DNA of 16,042 bases from Calditrichaceae bacterium (GTDB lineage: Bacteria > Calditrichota > Calditrichia > Calditrichales > JBFXGD01). The position numbers and the translations under genes are program-made. The DNA lies in the NCBI GenBank assembly GCA_050178385.1, contig JBFXGD010000069.1, positions 1-16,042 on the forward strand. Direction: 5' to 3'. The notes beneath the pieces are model-generated. The model saw only the letters and a program-made list of their open reading frames with translations. It made no database searches and was not told where the DNA came from. Positions 1 to 8,133 of this stretch are shown here, piece by piece (within the stretch, counting starts at the first letter, position 1; the number at the start of each line of letters is the position of its first letter).

Positions 1-2
1 GT

Positions 3-554
3 ATACAAATGCGCGGCGTTACTCTATGGCTTGACGCGAATGGGAAGAAAAACAAGAATTTTGGTATCCAGTATTATGGAGACCCATCCGTAAACCTGAT
101 GAATCCTGAACAAGCGGGATTTTCCAATCTGTCTGAAGATCAGAGAGCCGAGTTCAAAACAATGCCAACGGATCTGTTAGGGATGGTTATTGTCAATGAT
201 AACGGCGAGAACATACCGCTCCCCACCAGCAACATGAACGGGATTTCGGCCATCGTAAGACAGACAGACGGAATATTTACTTATGAATTTAAAGTCCCGT
301 TGACGACTTCGGAAGGCCGTCCGTATGCAATCAACGCCAAACCCGGTCAAAAAATCAGTTTTGGTCTTGAGTTGGGACAACCGGATATGAAAGAAATGCA
401 GAGAATGCGTTCACAGATGGGTGGAATGGATCCCGGCAGCGGCGGAATGCAGGGCAGAGGCCGGTCCGGCGGCGGTATGATGCCCGGGATGATGAATATT
501 CAAAAGAAAGAGTTATGGCTGTCACTAAATCTGGCGGATAAAACAGAGAAATAA
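3..554 (+). CDS. Hypothetical protein, probably 5'-truncated by the window edge, with a Gly/Met-rich low-complexity segment near the C-terminus
   Basis: The frame is open from base 3 (ATA CAA ATG...), so ATG 9 is probably internal. Stop TAA at 552-554. A globular-looking part (GVTLWLDANGKKNKNFGIQY; FTYEFKVPL) is followed by MQRMRSQMGGMDPGSGGMQGRGRSGGGMMPGMM. Confidence 0.75.
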   Translation: MQMRGVTLWLDANGKKNKNFGIQYYGDPSVNLMNPEQAGFSNLSEDQRAEFKTMPTDLLGMVIVNDNGENIPLPTSNMNGISAIVRQTDGIFTYEFKVPLTTSEGRPYAINAKPGQKISFGLELGQPDMKEMQRMRSQMGGMDPGSGGMQGRGRSGGGMMPGMMNIQKKELWLSLNLADKTEK

Positions 555-623
555 AAAATTTTAAATTTTCTTGTTAGTTGTTATATACTTTTAATTTAAA
601 CTGATATTGAAATGGAGTTTTGA

Positions 624-1919
624 ATGCGAAGTACGAGCGGAATCTTGATGTTAGTTGCATTGCTCTTTCTGGGTTTAGTTCACGGTGCCCGGGCACAGGA
701 AGATTCGGGCAACGCCCTTTCATTGGCTGAATGTGTACGGGTGGCTGTTGAAAATAATCCGGCTTTGAAGGCAGGCGGACAGGAAGTTATAAAGATGAAT
801 TACCGGGTGACTGAGTCGCGCGCGGGATTCTACCCTGCTCTCAGTATGCAGAGCGATTACAGGCAATATACAGTCGCGGGAAACAACAAAGAGTTCGAGG
901 ATTACGGTGCCGGATTTACCGCCCGGCAAAATATTTTTCAGGGCGGTAAATTAATAGCCCAGACAAAAGGCGCGAAAGCGGGTCTAAAAGCTGCTGAATA
1001 TCAATATGAAAGCCTGCGCCAGGATTTAATTTACCGTGTACAGGAAAACTATTACCGGTATTTGCAGAAACTACGATTGGTACAGGTTGCCGAAAAAGCG
1101 GTTGAGCGCGCGAAGATAAGGGTTGATGAGGCAAACGCCCGTTATATCGCCGGGGTGGCGACACGCTCGGATATTCTGAAGTCAGAAGTAGATCTCTCAG
1201 ACGCGGAACTAAAGTTAATACAAGCCGACAATGCTGCAATGACAGCCGGTGGGGTCTTAAACAACGTATTGGGTTATCCGGTGCAAAACAAAATTCAGAT
1301 TGTTGATGATCTTAGTAACGTGATTGAAGATGAAACCCGGACTCCGGATGAGCTGATCGGGAATGCCTTCAAAAACCGGCCGGAAATTCTCGGTATGACA
1401 AATCAACTGGATGTTCAGAAATACAATATCCGCATATTTAAAAGCGAATACCTACCGTCAATCGTAGCCACGGCCAGTTATGACTGGTCAGGTGAAAGCG
1501 CTTCAGACATGGATGATTACTGGTTTGCGGGTGTCTCTCTGGAACTACCTTTATTTAACGGTTTCTCTACAAAAGCAAAAGTCTCGGAGAGCAAAGCCGA
1601 ACAAACAGCGCTTGAATACGATTTGGAAAATCTCCGTCAGACCGTTGGACTTGAAGTTTGGAATGCCTATCTTCGTGTTCGTGAATCCAGACAAGCCATT
1701 GACAATACTGTCAAGTTTCTGGAAAGAGCAAATGAGAATCTAAACATCTCAGAAGGAGAATACCGGGAGGGAATCGGATCGATGCTTGAAGTGATCGACG
1801 CGCAGACCGTTCTTATTTCCGCCGAAGAAAGTCATATTAATTCACTGGCAGATCATCAGATAGCAATTGCAAATCTTGATCGTGTAATCGGAATCAGCCG
1901 CTTTAAGGAGACTAAATAA
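624..1919 (+). CDS. TolC-family outer membrane efflux protein
   Basis: 431 aa with a signal peptide ending ARA|Q. The LSLAECVRVAVENNP start, two OEP-like halves (YPALS / YLPSI...LELPLFNG) and the C-terminal YREGIGSMLEVIDAQ are typical. GGAG SD at 613-616. It precedes an adaptor and an ABC ATPase. Confidence 0.95.
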   Translation: MRSTSGILMLVALLFLGLVHGARAQEDSGNALSLAECVRVAVENNPALKAGGQEVIKMNYRVTESRAGFYPALSMQSDYRQYTVAGNNKEFEDYGAGFTARQNIFQGGKLIAQTKGAKAGLKAAEYQYESLRQDLIYRVQENYYRYLQKLRLVQVAEKAVERAKIRVDEANARYIAGVATRSDILKSEVDLSDAELKLIQADNAAMTAGGVLNNVLGYPVQNKIQIVDDLSNVIEDETRTPDELIGNAFKNRPEILGMTNQLDVQKYNIRIFKSEYLPSIVATASYDWSGESASDMDDYWFAGVSLELPLFNGFSTKAKVSESKAEQTALEYDLENLRQTVGLEVWNAYLRVRESRQAIDNTVKFLERANENLNISEGEYREGIGSMLEVIDAQTVLISAEESHINSLADHQIAIANLDRVIGISRFKETK

Positions 1920-2995
1920 TGAAGAATAAAAAATTATACTTATCCGCAGCCGGGATCATCATAATAATTGCGTTATTCGGCATACTTTCCGGCGCGTTTA
2001 GTTCAGGTGATAATACCGACATTTCTGACATGAAAACCAGTTCGGTCACCAGACGCGATATAGGATCTACAGTGTTGGCCACAGGAATTATCAAACCGAT
2101 GGTGGGTGCTGAAGTACGCGTGGGTTCGCGTGTATCCGGTATCGTGCAAAATCTTCACGCCAATATTGGTGATGAAGTCACTAAAGGTCAGCTTATCGCC
2201 CAGCTTGATCCAACCGAACTTCAGGCGAAGTACAATCAGGCAAACGCAGCGCTTGATAACGCTAAAGCCACGTTTGAATACGCCCGGGTGGATCTGAAGC
2301 GTCAAAAATCACTTTTGAATCAGAAATTCATTTCTCAAAACCAGTACGACCTCGCGGAGAAAGCATTCGAGATAAACAAATCCCTAATGGAACAAGCGGA
2401 AGCCAATCTTGACTTTGCAAAAGTGCAGTTGGAATATACACGAATCACGGCTCCAATAAGCGGTGTGATTGCATCTGTGTCCACCCAGGAAGGCGAAACT
2501 GTCGCGGCCAGCTTTAACTCCCCCACATTTGTCACCATCATCAATCTGGACCGTCTTGAAGTTTGGACCTATGTGGATGAAACCGATATCGGCAGAATTC
2601 ATGTTGGTCAAAAAGGTATGTTTTCTGTGGACACATATTCTGACACTGAATTCGAAGGTACCGTTACCGCGATTTATCCCAAAGCTGAAATACAGGATAA
2701 TGTCGTTAATTACATCACTACCATTAAAATAAATGACAACAAAGATAAAATTATCCGACCTGAAATGACAACCAATGTCACTGTTTTTCTTGAAACCAGA
2801 GAAAATGTACTCACCGTTCCAAATGCTGCTGTTCACCGTGAAAGAGGTAAAAAATATGTAAATGTCCTCGATAATGATCAGCCGGTAAAACGATATGTCA
2901 CCGTCGGATGGAAATCAGGCAGTTACACCGAAATTACGGACGGACTATCTGAGAACGAAAAAGTGATCGTCGGAAATTTCACGATCAAAAATTAA
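1919..2995 (+). CDS. MacA-like periplasmic adaptor (membrane fusion protein)
   Basis: N-terminal TM anchor, lipoyl-half motifs VGSRVSGIV...GDEVTKGQLIAQLD and ITAPISGVI, an alpha-hairpin, VDETDIG and IRPEMT. TAATG overlap with the TolC stop. AAGGAG SD at 1905-1910. Confidence 0.95.
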   Translation: MKNKKLYLSAAGIIIIIALFGILSGAFSSGDNTDISDMKTSSVTRRDIGSTVLATGIIKPMVGAEVRVGSRVSGIVQNLHANIGDEVTKGQLIAQLDPTELQAKYNQANAALDNAKATFEYARVDLKRQKSLLNQKFISQNQYDLAEKAFEINKSLMEQAEANLDFAKVQLEYTRITAPISGVIASVSTQEGETVAASFNSPTFVTIINLDRLEVWTYVDETDIGRIHVGQKGMFSVDTYSDTEFEGTVTAIYPKAEIQDNVVNYITTIKINDNKDKIIRPEMTTNVTVFLETRENVLTVPNAAVHRERGKKYVNVLDNDQPVKRYVTVGWKSGSYTEITDGLSENEKVIVGNFTIKN

Positions 2996-3048
2996 TATAA
3001 CCGGATATAAATAATACCGGCTATCGGAAAGATAGCATAGGAGATATT

Positions 3049-3786
3049 ATGATACGTATTGAAAACGTCTCTAAAATTTATCAAAAAAATGGAACCGCTG
3101 AAGTTCGCGCCCTGCAGGATGTTTCCCTTGAAATCCAAAAAGGTGAGTTTGTGGCCATTATAGGGCCATCCGGTTCCGGAAAGTCCACCCTAATGAATAT
3201 TCTGGGAATGCTCGACCGCCCCACTTTGGGATCGTATTATCTGAAAGACCGCAAAGTAAGTGATCTCACCATTGATGAGCTTGCCAAAATCAGGAATCGG
3301 GAAATCGGTTTTGTTTTTCAGCAATTCCATCTGTTAGCTCGCACAAGCGCGCTTGAAAATGTTGAACTGCCACTGCTATATTCTGATCGCGCGGACATGG
3401 GCAAGCTTGCCCAGAAAGCACTTGAAGCAGTTGGCCTGGGTTCGCGCATTCATCATATCCCAAGCGAGTTGTCAGGCGGGCAGCAACAGAGAGTAGTCAT
3501 CGCGCGCGCGCTTGTTAATGATCCCGAAATTATCTTTGCGGATGAACCTACTGGAAACCTCGATTCACGCTCCGGGATAGAAATAATGTCCATCTTTCAG
3601 GAACTGAACAAAAAAGGCCGGACCGTAATTGTTATCACCCATGATCAGGTTATAGCCGAACATGCCCGCCGGGTAATCCGCATTGCGGACGGCCGTATCA
3701 CGGATGACTATATTAATGAGCATCCCAAACAAGCAGTGGCTGTTCAAACTAATTCCGCAGAGGAGACTGATCATGAAAACAAGTAG
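3049..3786 (+). CDS. ABC transporter ATP-binding protein, MacB/LolD type (stand-alone NBD)
   Basis: Walker [11 protein letters not shown]-loop GFVFQ, signature LSGGQQQR, Walker B/D-loop [12 protein letters not shown] and H-loop ITHD. AGGAG SD at 3039-3043. Confidence 0.96.
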   Translation: MIRIENVSKIYQKNGTAEVRALQDVSLEIQKGEFVAIIGPSGSGKSTLMNILGMLDRPTLGSYYLKDRKVSDLTIDELAKIRNREIGFVFQQFHLLARTSALENVELPLLYSDRADMGKLAQKALEAVGLGSRIHHIPSELSGGQQQRVVIARALVNDPEIIFADEPTGNLDSRSGIEIMSIFQELNKKGRTVIVITHDQVIAEHARRVIRIADGRITDDYINEHPKQAVAVQTNSAEETDHENK

Positions 3787-4984
3787 GATCATCGCAAGCG
3801 GATTTCGTATTATGCGCCGCAATAAACTGCGGACATTTTTCATGATGATCGGAATCATCGTGGGCATCACTTCGCTCACGCTCATCTTCTCATTAAGCAA
3901 AGGAGCTGAGAAGATGATAATGAATCGTGTTGAGAAATTCGGATTAAACAGCATCCTTATACAATCAGGTGGAGGTCGCGAAGTCGGACTCTCAAAAGGC
4001 GGATTGACCACCACACTTACATTGGATGATTTGAAAGCCATCCAAAATGAAATCCAAAATGTGCAGGAAATCTCTCCACTTCAATTAATCACAGGGCGTG
4101 ATTCTAAATATATGGGTAAAACCGCCTCCGCTGCAGTAATAGGAGCAACTCCCGAATGGGAGAACGTCTGGGACTGGAGCGTCACTGATGGTGAATTTAT
4201 TGATCAGCATGATATGGCTACGACTGCCCGCGTTGCTTTGATTGGTGTGACTGCGGCCGCTGAATTATTCGGTGATAGTGATCCGATCGGTGAACAGATT
4301 CATATCGGAAATGTGGCCTTTGAGATAAAGGGAGTTTTGGAATCAAAAGGGACCAGCCCGGGAGGGGGGGATATGGATAATCGGATTATGATCCCACTCT
4401 CCACTATAATGCGGAGAATGATGAATGTGGACTATATCGCTTCCGCCAAATTGTTGATTTACGATACGGATCAGATCGATGATTCGATGGAAGATATAGG
4501 TATGATATTACGCGAAAGACATCATCTCGCGGACCAGGAACCGGATGATTTCAGATTGGTTGGTCCTACCCAGGTGATGGAGCTGGCCAGTAAAATTGCA
4601 GGAACATTTAATTTATTTCTCATTCTGGTCTCCGGGTTATCCCTCATTGTTGGAGGAATTGTGGTGGCCAATCTTATGCTTATTTCCGTAAATGAGCGCA
4701 AAGGAGAAATCGGCCTTCGGAAAGCAATCGGAGCCCGATCACAGGATATTTTAACTCAATTTCTCGCCGAAACGACTGTCATTACGGTGGTCGGCGGTAT
4801 CATCGGCATTCTGCTTGGTTTAGCTGGGGCTGAAGTACTTGATAAGGTAATAGCTCTTCCCGCTTCTATCTCCTGGGAAGCGCTTGTTCTGGGTCTTGTA
4901 TTTTCAAGCATTGTAGGTATCGTGGCCGGTATGATGCCTGCTAAAAGAGCATCAACACTCGATCCTATTGAAGCGCTGCGCTAA
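3773..4984 (+). CDS. MacB-type ABC permease 1 (MacB periplasmic domain + FtsX domain)
   Basis: Start re-assigned from 3683 to ATG 3773. GAGGAG lies at 3760-3765, the start overlaps the ATPase end, and it gives the typical N-terminus (RNKLRTFFMMIGIIVGI). The C-terminal motifs VGGIVVANLMLISVNERKGEIGLRKAIGA and PAKRASTLDPIEALR are present. Confidence 0.93.
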   Translation: MKTSRIIASGFRIMRRNKLRTFFMMIGIIVGITSLTLIFSLSKGAEKMIMNRVEKFGLNSILIQSGGGREVGLSKGGLTTTLTLDDLKAIQNEIQNVQEISPLQLITGRDSKYMGKTASAAVIGATPEWENVWDWSVTDGEFIDQHDMATTARVALIGVTAAAELFGDSDPIGEQIHIGNVAFEIKGVLESKGTSPGGGDMDNRIMIPLSTIMRRMMNVDYIASAKLLIYDTDQIDDSMEDIGMILRERHHLADQEPDDFRLVGPTQVMELASKIAGTFNLFLILVSGLSLIVGGIVVANLMLISVNERKGEIGLRKAIGARSQDILTQFLAETTVITVVGGIIGILLGLAGAEVLDKVIALPASISWEALVLGLVFSSIVGIVAGMMPAKRASTLDPIEALR

Positions 4985-5083
4985 TGCGATCAAAATTAAT
5001 TAATATACAATGGTGGTTTAGATCAGATTCAGATTAAATAGGTTTTTAGATTAAAATAAACATGGAACTTAACCAGGTATAGC

Positions 5084-6307
5084 ATGAAACTCTATCGAAA
5101 TATAAAAATTTCGCGTAAAACTCTGATGGAACACAAATTCCGTACTATTCTTGCCCTTATCGGCATTACGATTGGTGTGGCATCTGTGATCATCATGGTG
5201 GCAATTGGAAACGGCGCTCAGAAAGAAGTTCTTGATCGGATCCAGGAAATGGGGTCAAATCTGATAACTGTAAACTCAGGACAGGTCAAATCTTTCGCCG
5301 GAAGAAAGCGTCAGATTGGCAACGTAACAACTCTTATACCAAAAGATGCCGCAGCCGTTGCCCAGGAATGTCCATCAGTTGCATTAGTTGCTCCTGCTCA
5401 ATCAAAAAAAGTCAAAGTAAAATATTCCAATTTCACTACCACTACGAATATTCTCGGCACGACGTCTGAATTTCTCACTATCAGGAATTTTTCGGTATCA
5501 CAGGGAGTCTTTTTTTCAGAAGCGGACGACAAGGCATCACTCCGTGCCGCCGTCATCGGAAAAAGCATACAGGATTATTTGTTCGAAGGCAATGATCCGT
5601 TAGGTGAGATCATTCGCATTGGCAAGGTCCCATTCGAGGTGATTGGTGTACTGACAGAAAAAGGCGTAAATTCCGACGGTGTGGATGAAGACGACCAGAT
5701 AATAATTCCTTTAAATACCGCGCTTCGCCGTGTATTCAATCTCACATATATTAATACGATTTATGTGCAGGTGAAGGACAAAGAATCAATGAATCCGGCA
5801 GTAGAGGAAATTGGCGAGCTTCTCAGAGAACGTCATCGTCTGATCAGGAAGGGGAAATCTGATGATTTTACCATACAAAACCAGATCGACGTTATCGAAG
5901 CTGAAAAAGAAACAACTGACGCTTTTACACTGCTTATAGCGGGCGTTGCCGGCATTTCACTTCTCGTTGGCGGAATTGGCATCCTGGCAATCATGCTTAT
6001 CAGCATTAAAGAGAGAAAAGGAGAAATCGGCCTGAGAATGGCCATCGGAGCGCGGCCAAAAGAAATATTACTCCAGTTCCTGGCAGAATCAGCTATGCTG
6101 GGTATGGTCGGTGGGCTATTGGGAATATTAATTGGTGTGACCGGCTCTTATAGCATAGGTATTTTCACCGATTGGGCGACTGAGATTTCAATTCTTTCAA
6201 TTATTATTTCCATTGGTTTTTCACTTTCTGTTGGATTGTTTTTTGGTGTCTATCCCGCAAGAAAGGCTTCTCTGATGGATCCCATTGATGCTTTGCGGAG
6301 TGAATGA
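5084..6307 (+). CDS. MacB-type ABC permease 2 (MacB periplasmic domain + FtsX domain)
   Basis: HKFRTILALIGITIGVASVI at the N-terminus, a large periplasmic domain, then ISLLVGGIGILAIMLISIKERKGEIGLRMAIGA and GVYPARKASLMDPIDALRSE. Tandem stops TGA TAA. Confidence 0.95.
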   Translation: MKLYRNIKISRKTLMEHKFRTILALIGITIGVASVIIMVAIGNGAQKEVLDRIQEMGSNLITVNSGQVKSFAGRKRQIGNVTTLIPKDAAAVAQECPSVALVAPAQSKKVKVKYSNFTTTTNILGTTSEFLTIRNFSVSQGVFFSEADDKASLRAAVIGKSIQDYLFEGNDPLGEIIRIGKVPFEVIGVLTEKGVNSDGVDEDDQIIIPLNTALRRVFNLTYINTIYVQVKDKESMNPAVEEIGELLRERHRLIRKGKSDDFTIQNQIDVIEAEKETTDAFTLLIAGVAGISLLVGGIGILAIMLISIKERKGEIGLRMAIGARPKEILLQFLAESAMLGMVGGLLGILIGVTGSYSIGIFTDWATEISILSIIISIGFSLSVGLFFGVYPARKASLMDPIDALRSE

Positions 6308-6316
6308 TAAATCTAT

Positions 6317-6348
6317 ACGGGAAGATATGGTTATCTTCCCGTTATTTT
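6317..6348 (+). terminator. Rho-independent terminator closing the exporter operon
   Basis: Perfect 11-bp stem ACGGGAAGATA (6317-6327) / TATCTTCCCGT (6332-6342) with loop TGGT, followed by TATTTT. It begins 9 nt after the permease 2 stop codon. Confidence 0.85.
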
Positions 6349-6427
6349 AAAATAATAACTGACTATTACTTGATATCCTCGAAAATAATTTTGAAGAATA
6401 TTTGATTTCACTTAAATTGAATTTTTG

Positions 6428-6442
6428 ACATTCTAAGAATGT
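6428..6442. promoter_or_regulatory. Candidate operator palindrome abutting the SD of the UPF0158-like gene
   Basis: ACATTCT-A-AGAATGT (7-1-7) is followed directly by AAGGAG (6443-6448) and overlaps TTGACA (6425-6430). Confidence 0.4.
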
Positions 6443-6453
6443 AAGGAGACTTA

Positions 6454-6927
6454 TTGAAAGAGTTAATGATCAACATGGATGAACTGGCATTTGTTTTACA
6501 CCGCGGTCATGATATTGAAATGGAATGCTACCTTGACACCAGATCCGGTGATATTATCAGTATTCCTACGAATGACAGCATAATCAGCAGTACTCTGGAT
6601 CTTGAAGATGATGTATCTGTCCTGAATAAAAACGGTCTTGTGGAAATGATGCTTCCTGATCGGGGAGATTTGTTGTATATTCCAAATAACTTCTCGCAGA
6701 TATTATTTGAACTGATGTCAGATTTTACAAAACTGATCGAGAACGATCATGCTGAACTCCATGACATGCTGTGGGCTGCCATACAAAAAGGGGGCGGTTT
6801 TGAAGAATTTCATCGTATCATCAAATCCAGACCCGGTATATTGAACCAGTTTATTGTTTTCAGAGACAATAAATTTGAGGAAAACGCGGTTATCTGGCTC
6901 AAAGATCACGAAATCAAATCGGTTTAG
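6454..6927 (+). CDS. UPF0158-like uncharacterised protein
   Basis: TTG start 5 nt after AAGGAG. The pattern I(N)MDEL...YLDTRSGDII...YIP...MSDF...L..AI.KGG.F..F...FR...WL..HEI matches my recollection of the UPF0158 family. Confidence 0.7.
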   Translation: MKELMINMDELAFVLHRGHDIEMECYLDTRSGDIISIPTNDSIISSTLDLEDDVSVLNKNGLVEMMLPDRGDLLYIPNNFSQILFELMSDFTKLIENDHAELHDMLWAAIQKGGGFEEFHRIIKSRPGILNQFIVFRDNKFEENAVIWLKDHEIKSV

Positions 6928-7038
6928 CCATTATATCTGAACGCTTTATTTGTCTGACACTCATTAACGATCAAAGCAGATGTTTTGCGAATCCTAACAT
7001 TGCCATAACAAGGATTATCATTCAATCGGGGATATTTT

Positions 7039-8058
7039 TTGATTCTATTTAATCTTATTGTTTTCACAGCCGGTTTATTTTTATTGTACCTTGGGGCTGA
7101 AATGCTTGTCCGGAGCGCTTCCAGGCTTGCCCTGCTATTCAATATCCGTCCGATAATCGTCGGATTGACAGTGGTTGCATTCGGCACTTCATCGCCTGAA
7201 TTTATCGTCAGTTTTATTGCCGCTTATTCCGGGAAAATCGATGTTTCCATCGGAAATATTGTTGGCAGCAATATAACAAATATAGCGCTTGTTCTGGGGT
7301 GTTCTGTATTATTGAAACCAATGCAAAAATTAGAGAGTGATCTTAAGAAAGAACTATACTGGTTAACCGCTGTATCTTTTCTATTCTGGATTTTCAGTCT
7401 AAATTTTGAAATAAGCCGGTTTGAAGGATTTATTATGTTCGCCCTTCTTGTTGTATTCACCGTTACACTGATCAGACAGAGTATGAAGGTCAGTTCTGAA
7501 AACGGTTCACCGATACCCGCTGCCGTTGTTCCTGAGATAGAAAAAGAGCTTGTCGTATCAACCGGAAGAGAAATAGTAGACAACCTTAGTCCGCGTGTCA
7601 AAAAAATTCTTTTTCTAACCCTTTCCATACTCGGTATCGGTGTTTTATCATTCGGCTCTAATCTGACTATCGAATCAGCCATTATTATTGCCGAGCATTT
7701 CGGAGTTAGCCAAATTGTCATCGGACTGACACTTGTCGCATTTGGCACTTCCCTTCCGGAGCTGGCAACGGCAATAGTAAGCGTGATCAAGAATGAAAAT
7801 GACATTCTGTTAGGTAACATTCTGGGGAGCAATCTCTTTAATATTCTTGGAGTCGCCGGAGTGGTTGCGATGATTTACCCGCTGCCAATGAATAATCAAA
7901 TCGTGTATTTTAACTTTCCTGTCATGCTCATGTTAACTCTGATCTTGTTTTTCTATCTTCTGATCAAAGGCCGCATAAATCGCATTGCCGGCATGATGTT
8001 TCTAGTATTCTATCTGGTATTTTTATATTTTGTGGTCAATAATCCCTTATCCATTTAA
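7039..8058 (+). CDS. Calcium/sodium antiporter, CaCA superfamily (YrbG-like)
   Basis: Two alpha repeats, GLTVVAFGTSSPE...GNIVGSNITN and GLTLVAFGTSLPE...GNILGSNLFN, and about 10 hydrophobic segments. TTG start with GGGGA at 7028-7032; the exact start is slightly uncertain. Confidence 0.93.
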   Translation: MILFNLIVFTAGLFLLYLGAEMLVRSASRLALLFNIRPIIVGLTVVAFGTSSPEFIVSFIAAYSGKIDVSIGNIVGSNITNIALVLGCSVLLKPMQKLESDLKKELYWLTAVSFLFWIFSLNFEISRFEGFIMFALLVVFTVTLIRQSMKVSSENGSPIPAAVVPEIEKELVVSTGREIVDNLSPRVKKILFLTLSILGIGVLSFGSNLTIESAIIIAEHFGVSQIVIGLTLVAFGTSLPELATAIVSVIKNENDILLGNILGSNLFNILGVAGVVAMIYPLPMNNQIVYFNFPVMLMLTLILFFYLLIKGRINRIAGMMFLVFYLVFLYFVVNNPLSI

Positions 8059-8063
8059 AAAGT

Positions 8064-8093
8064 TTGTTAGTTACAAAATGATTTTATTATATT
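8064..8093 (+). promoter_or_regulatory. Possible sigma70-type promoter for the acyl-CoA synthetase
   Basis: TTGTTA (8064-8069), 18-nt spacer, TATATT (8088-8093). The region is AT-rich, so a chance match is possible. Confidence 0.3.
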
Positions 8094-8133
8094 AAAGTTT
8101 GCCGAATTATTAAAAAATCCGTTACACTAATTT

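Noticed and set aside
571..579. TTGTTAGTT shared between the tolC upstream region and 8064-8072
   Set aside because: A 9-mer match between AT-rich spacers is weak evidence. It may be just a -35-like sequence or chance.
3683..3772. Longer N-terminus of permease 1 given in the ORF track
   Set aside because: It lies deep inside the ATPase gene. ATG 3773 has a strong SD and gives the family-typical start.
6928..7038. Possible ion-sensing riboswitch (fluoride, yybP-ykoY, Na+/Li+) before the antiporter
   Set aside because: Only a 6-bp stem AATCCT/AGGATT (6990-7016) is visible, and I found no conserved core of those classes.
7150..7760. Nucleotide-level repeat GCATT(C/T)GGCACTTC within the antiporter
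   Set aside because: It is explained by the known internal alpha-repeat duplication of CaCA proteins.
7224..7832. 202-aa antisense ORF, and similar antisense or alternate-frame ORFs at 2384-2836, 3565-4041, 13258-13692, 13887-14555 and elsewhere
   Set aside because: They lie within well-supported genes, show no recognisable motifs and are typical shadow ORFs.
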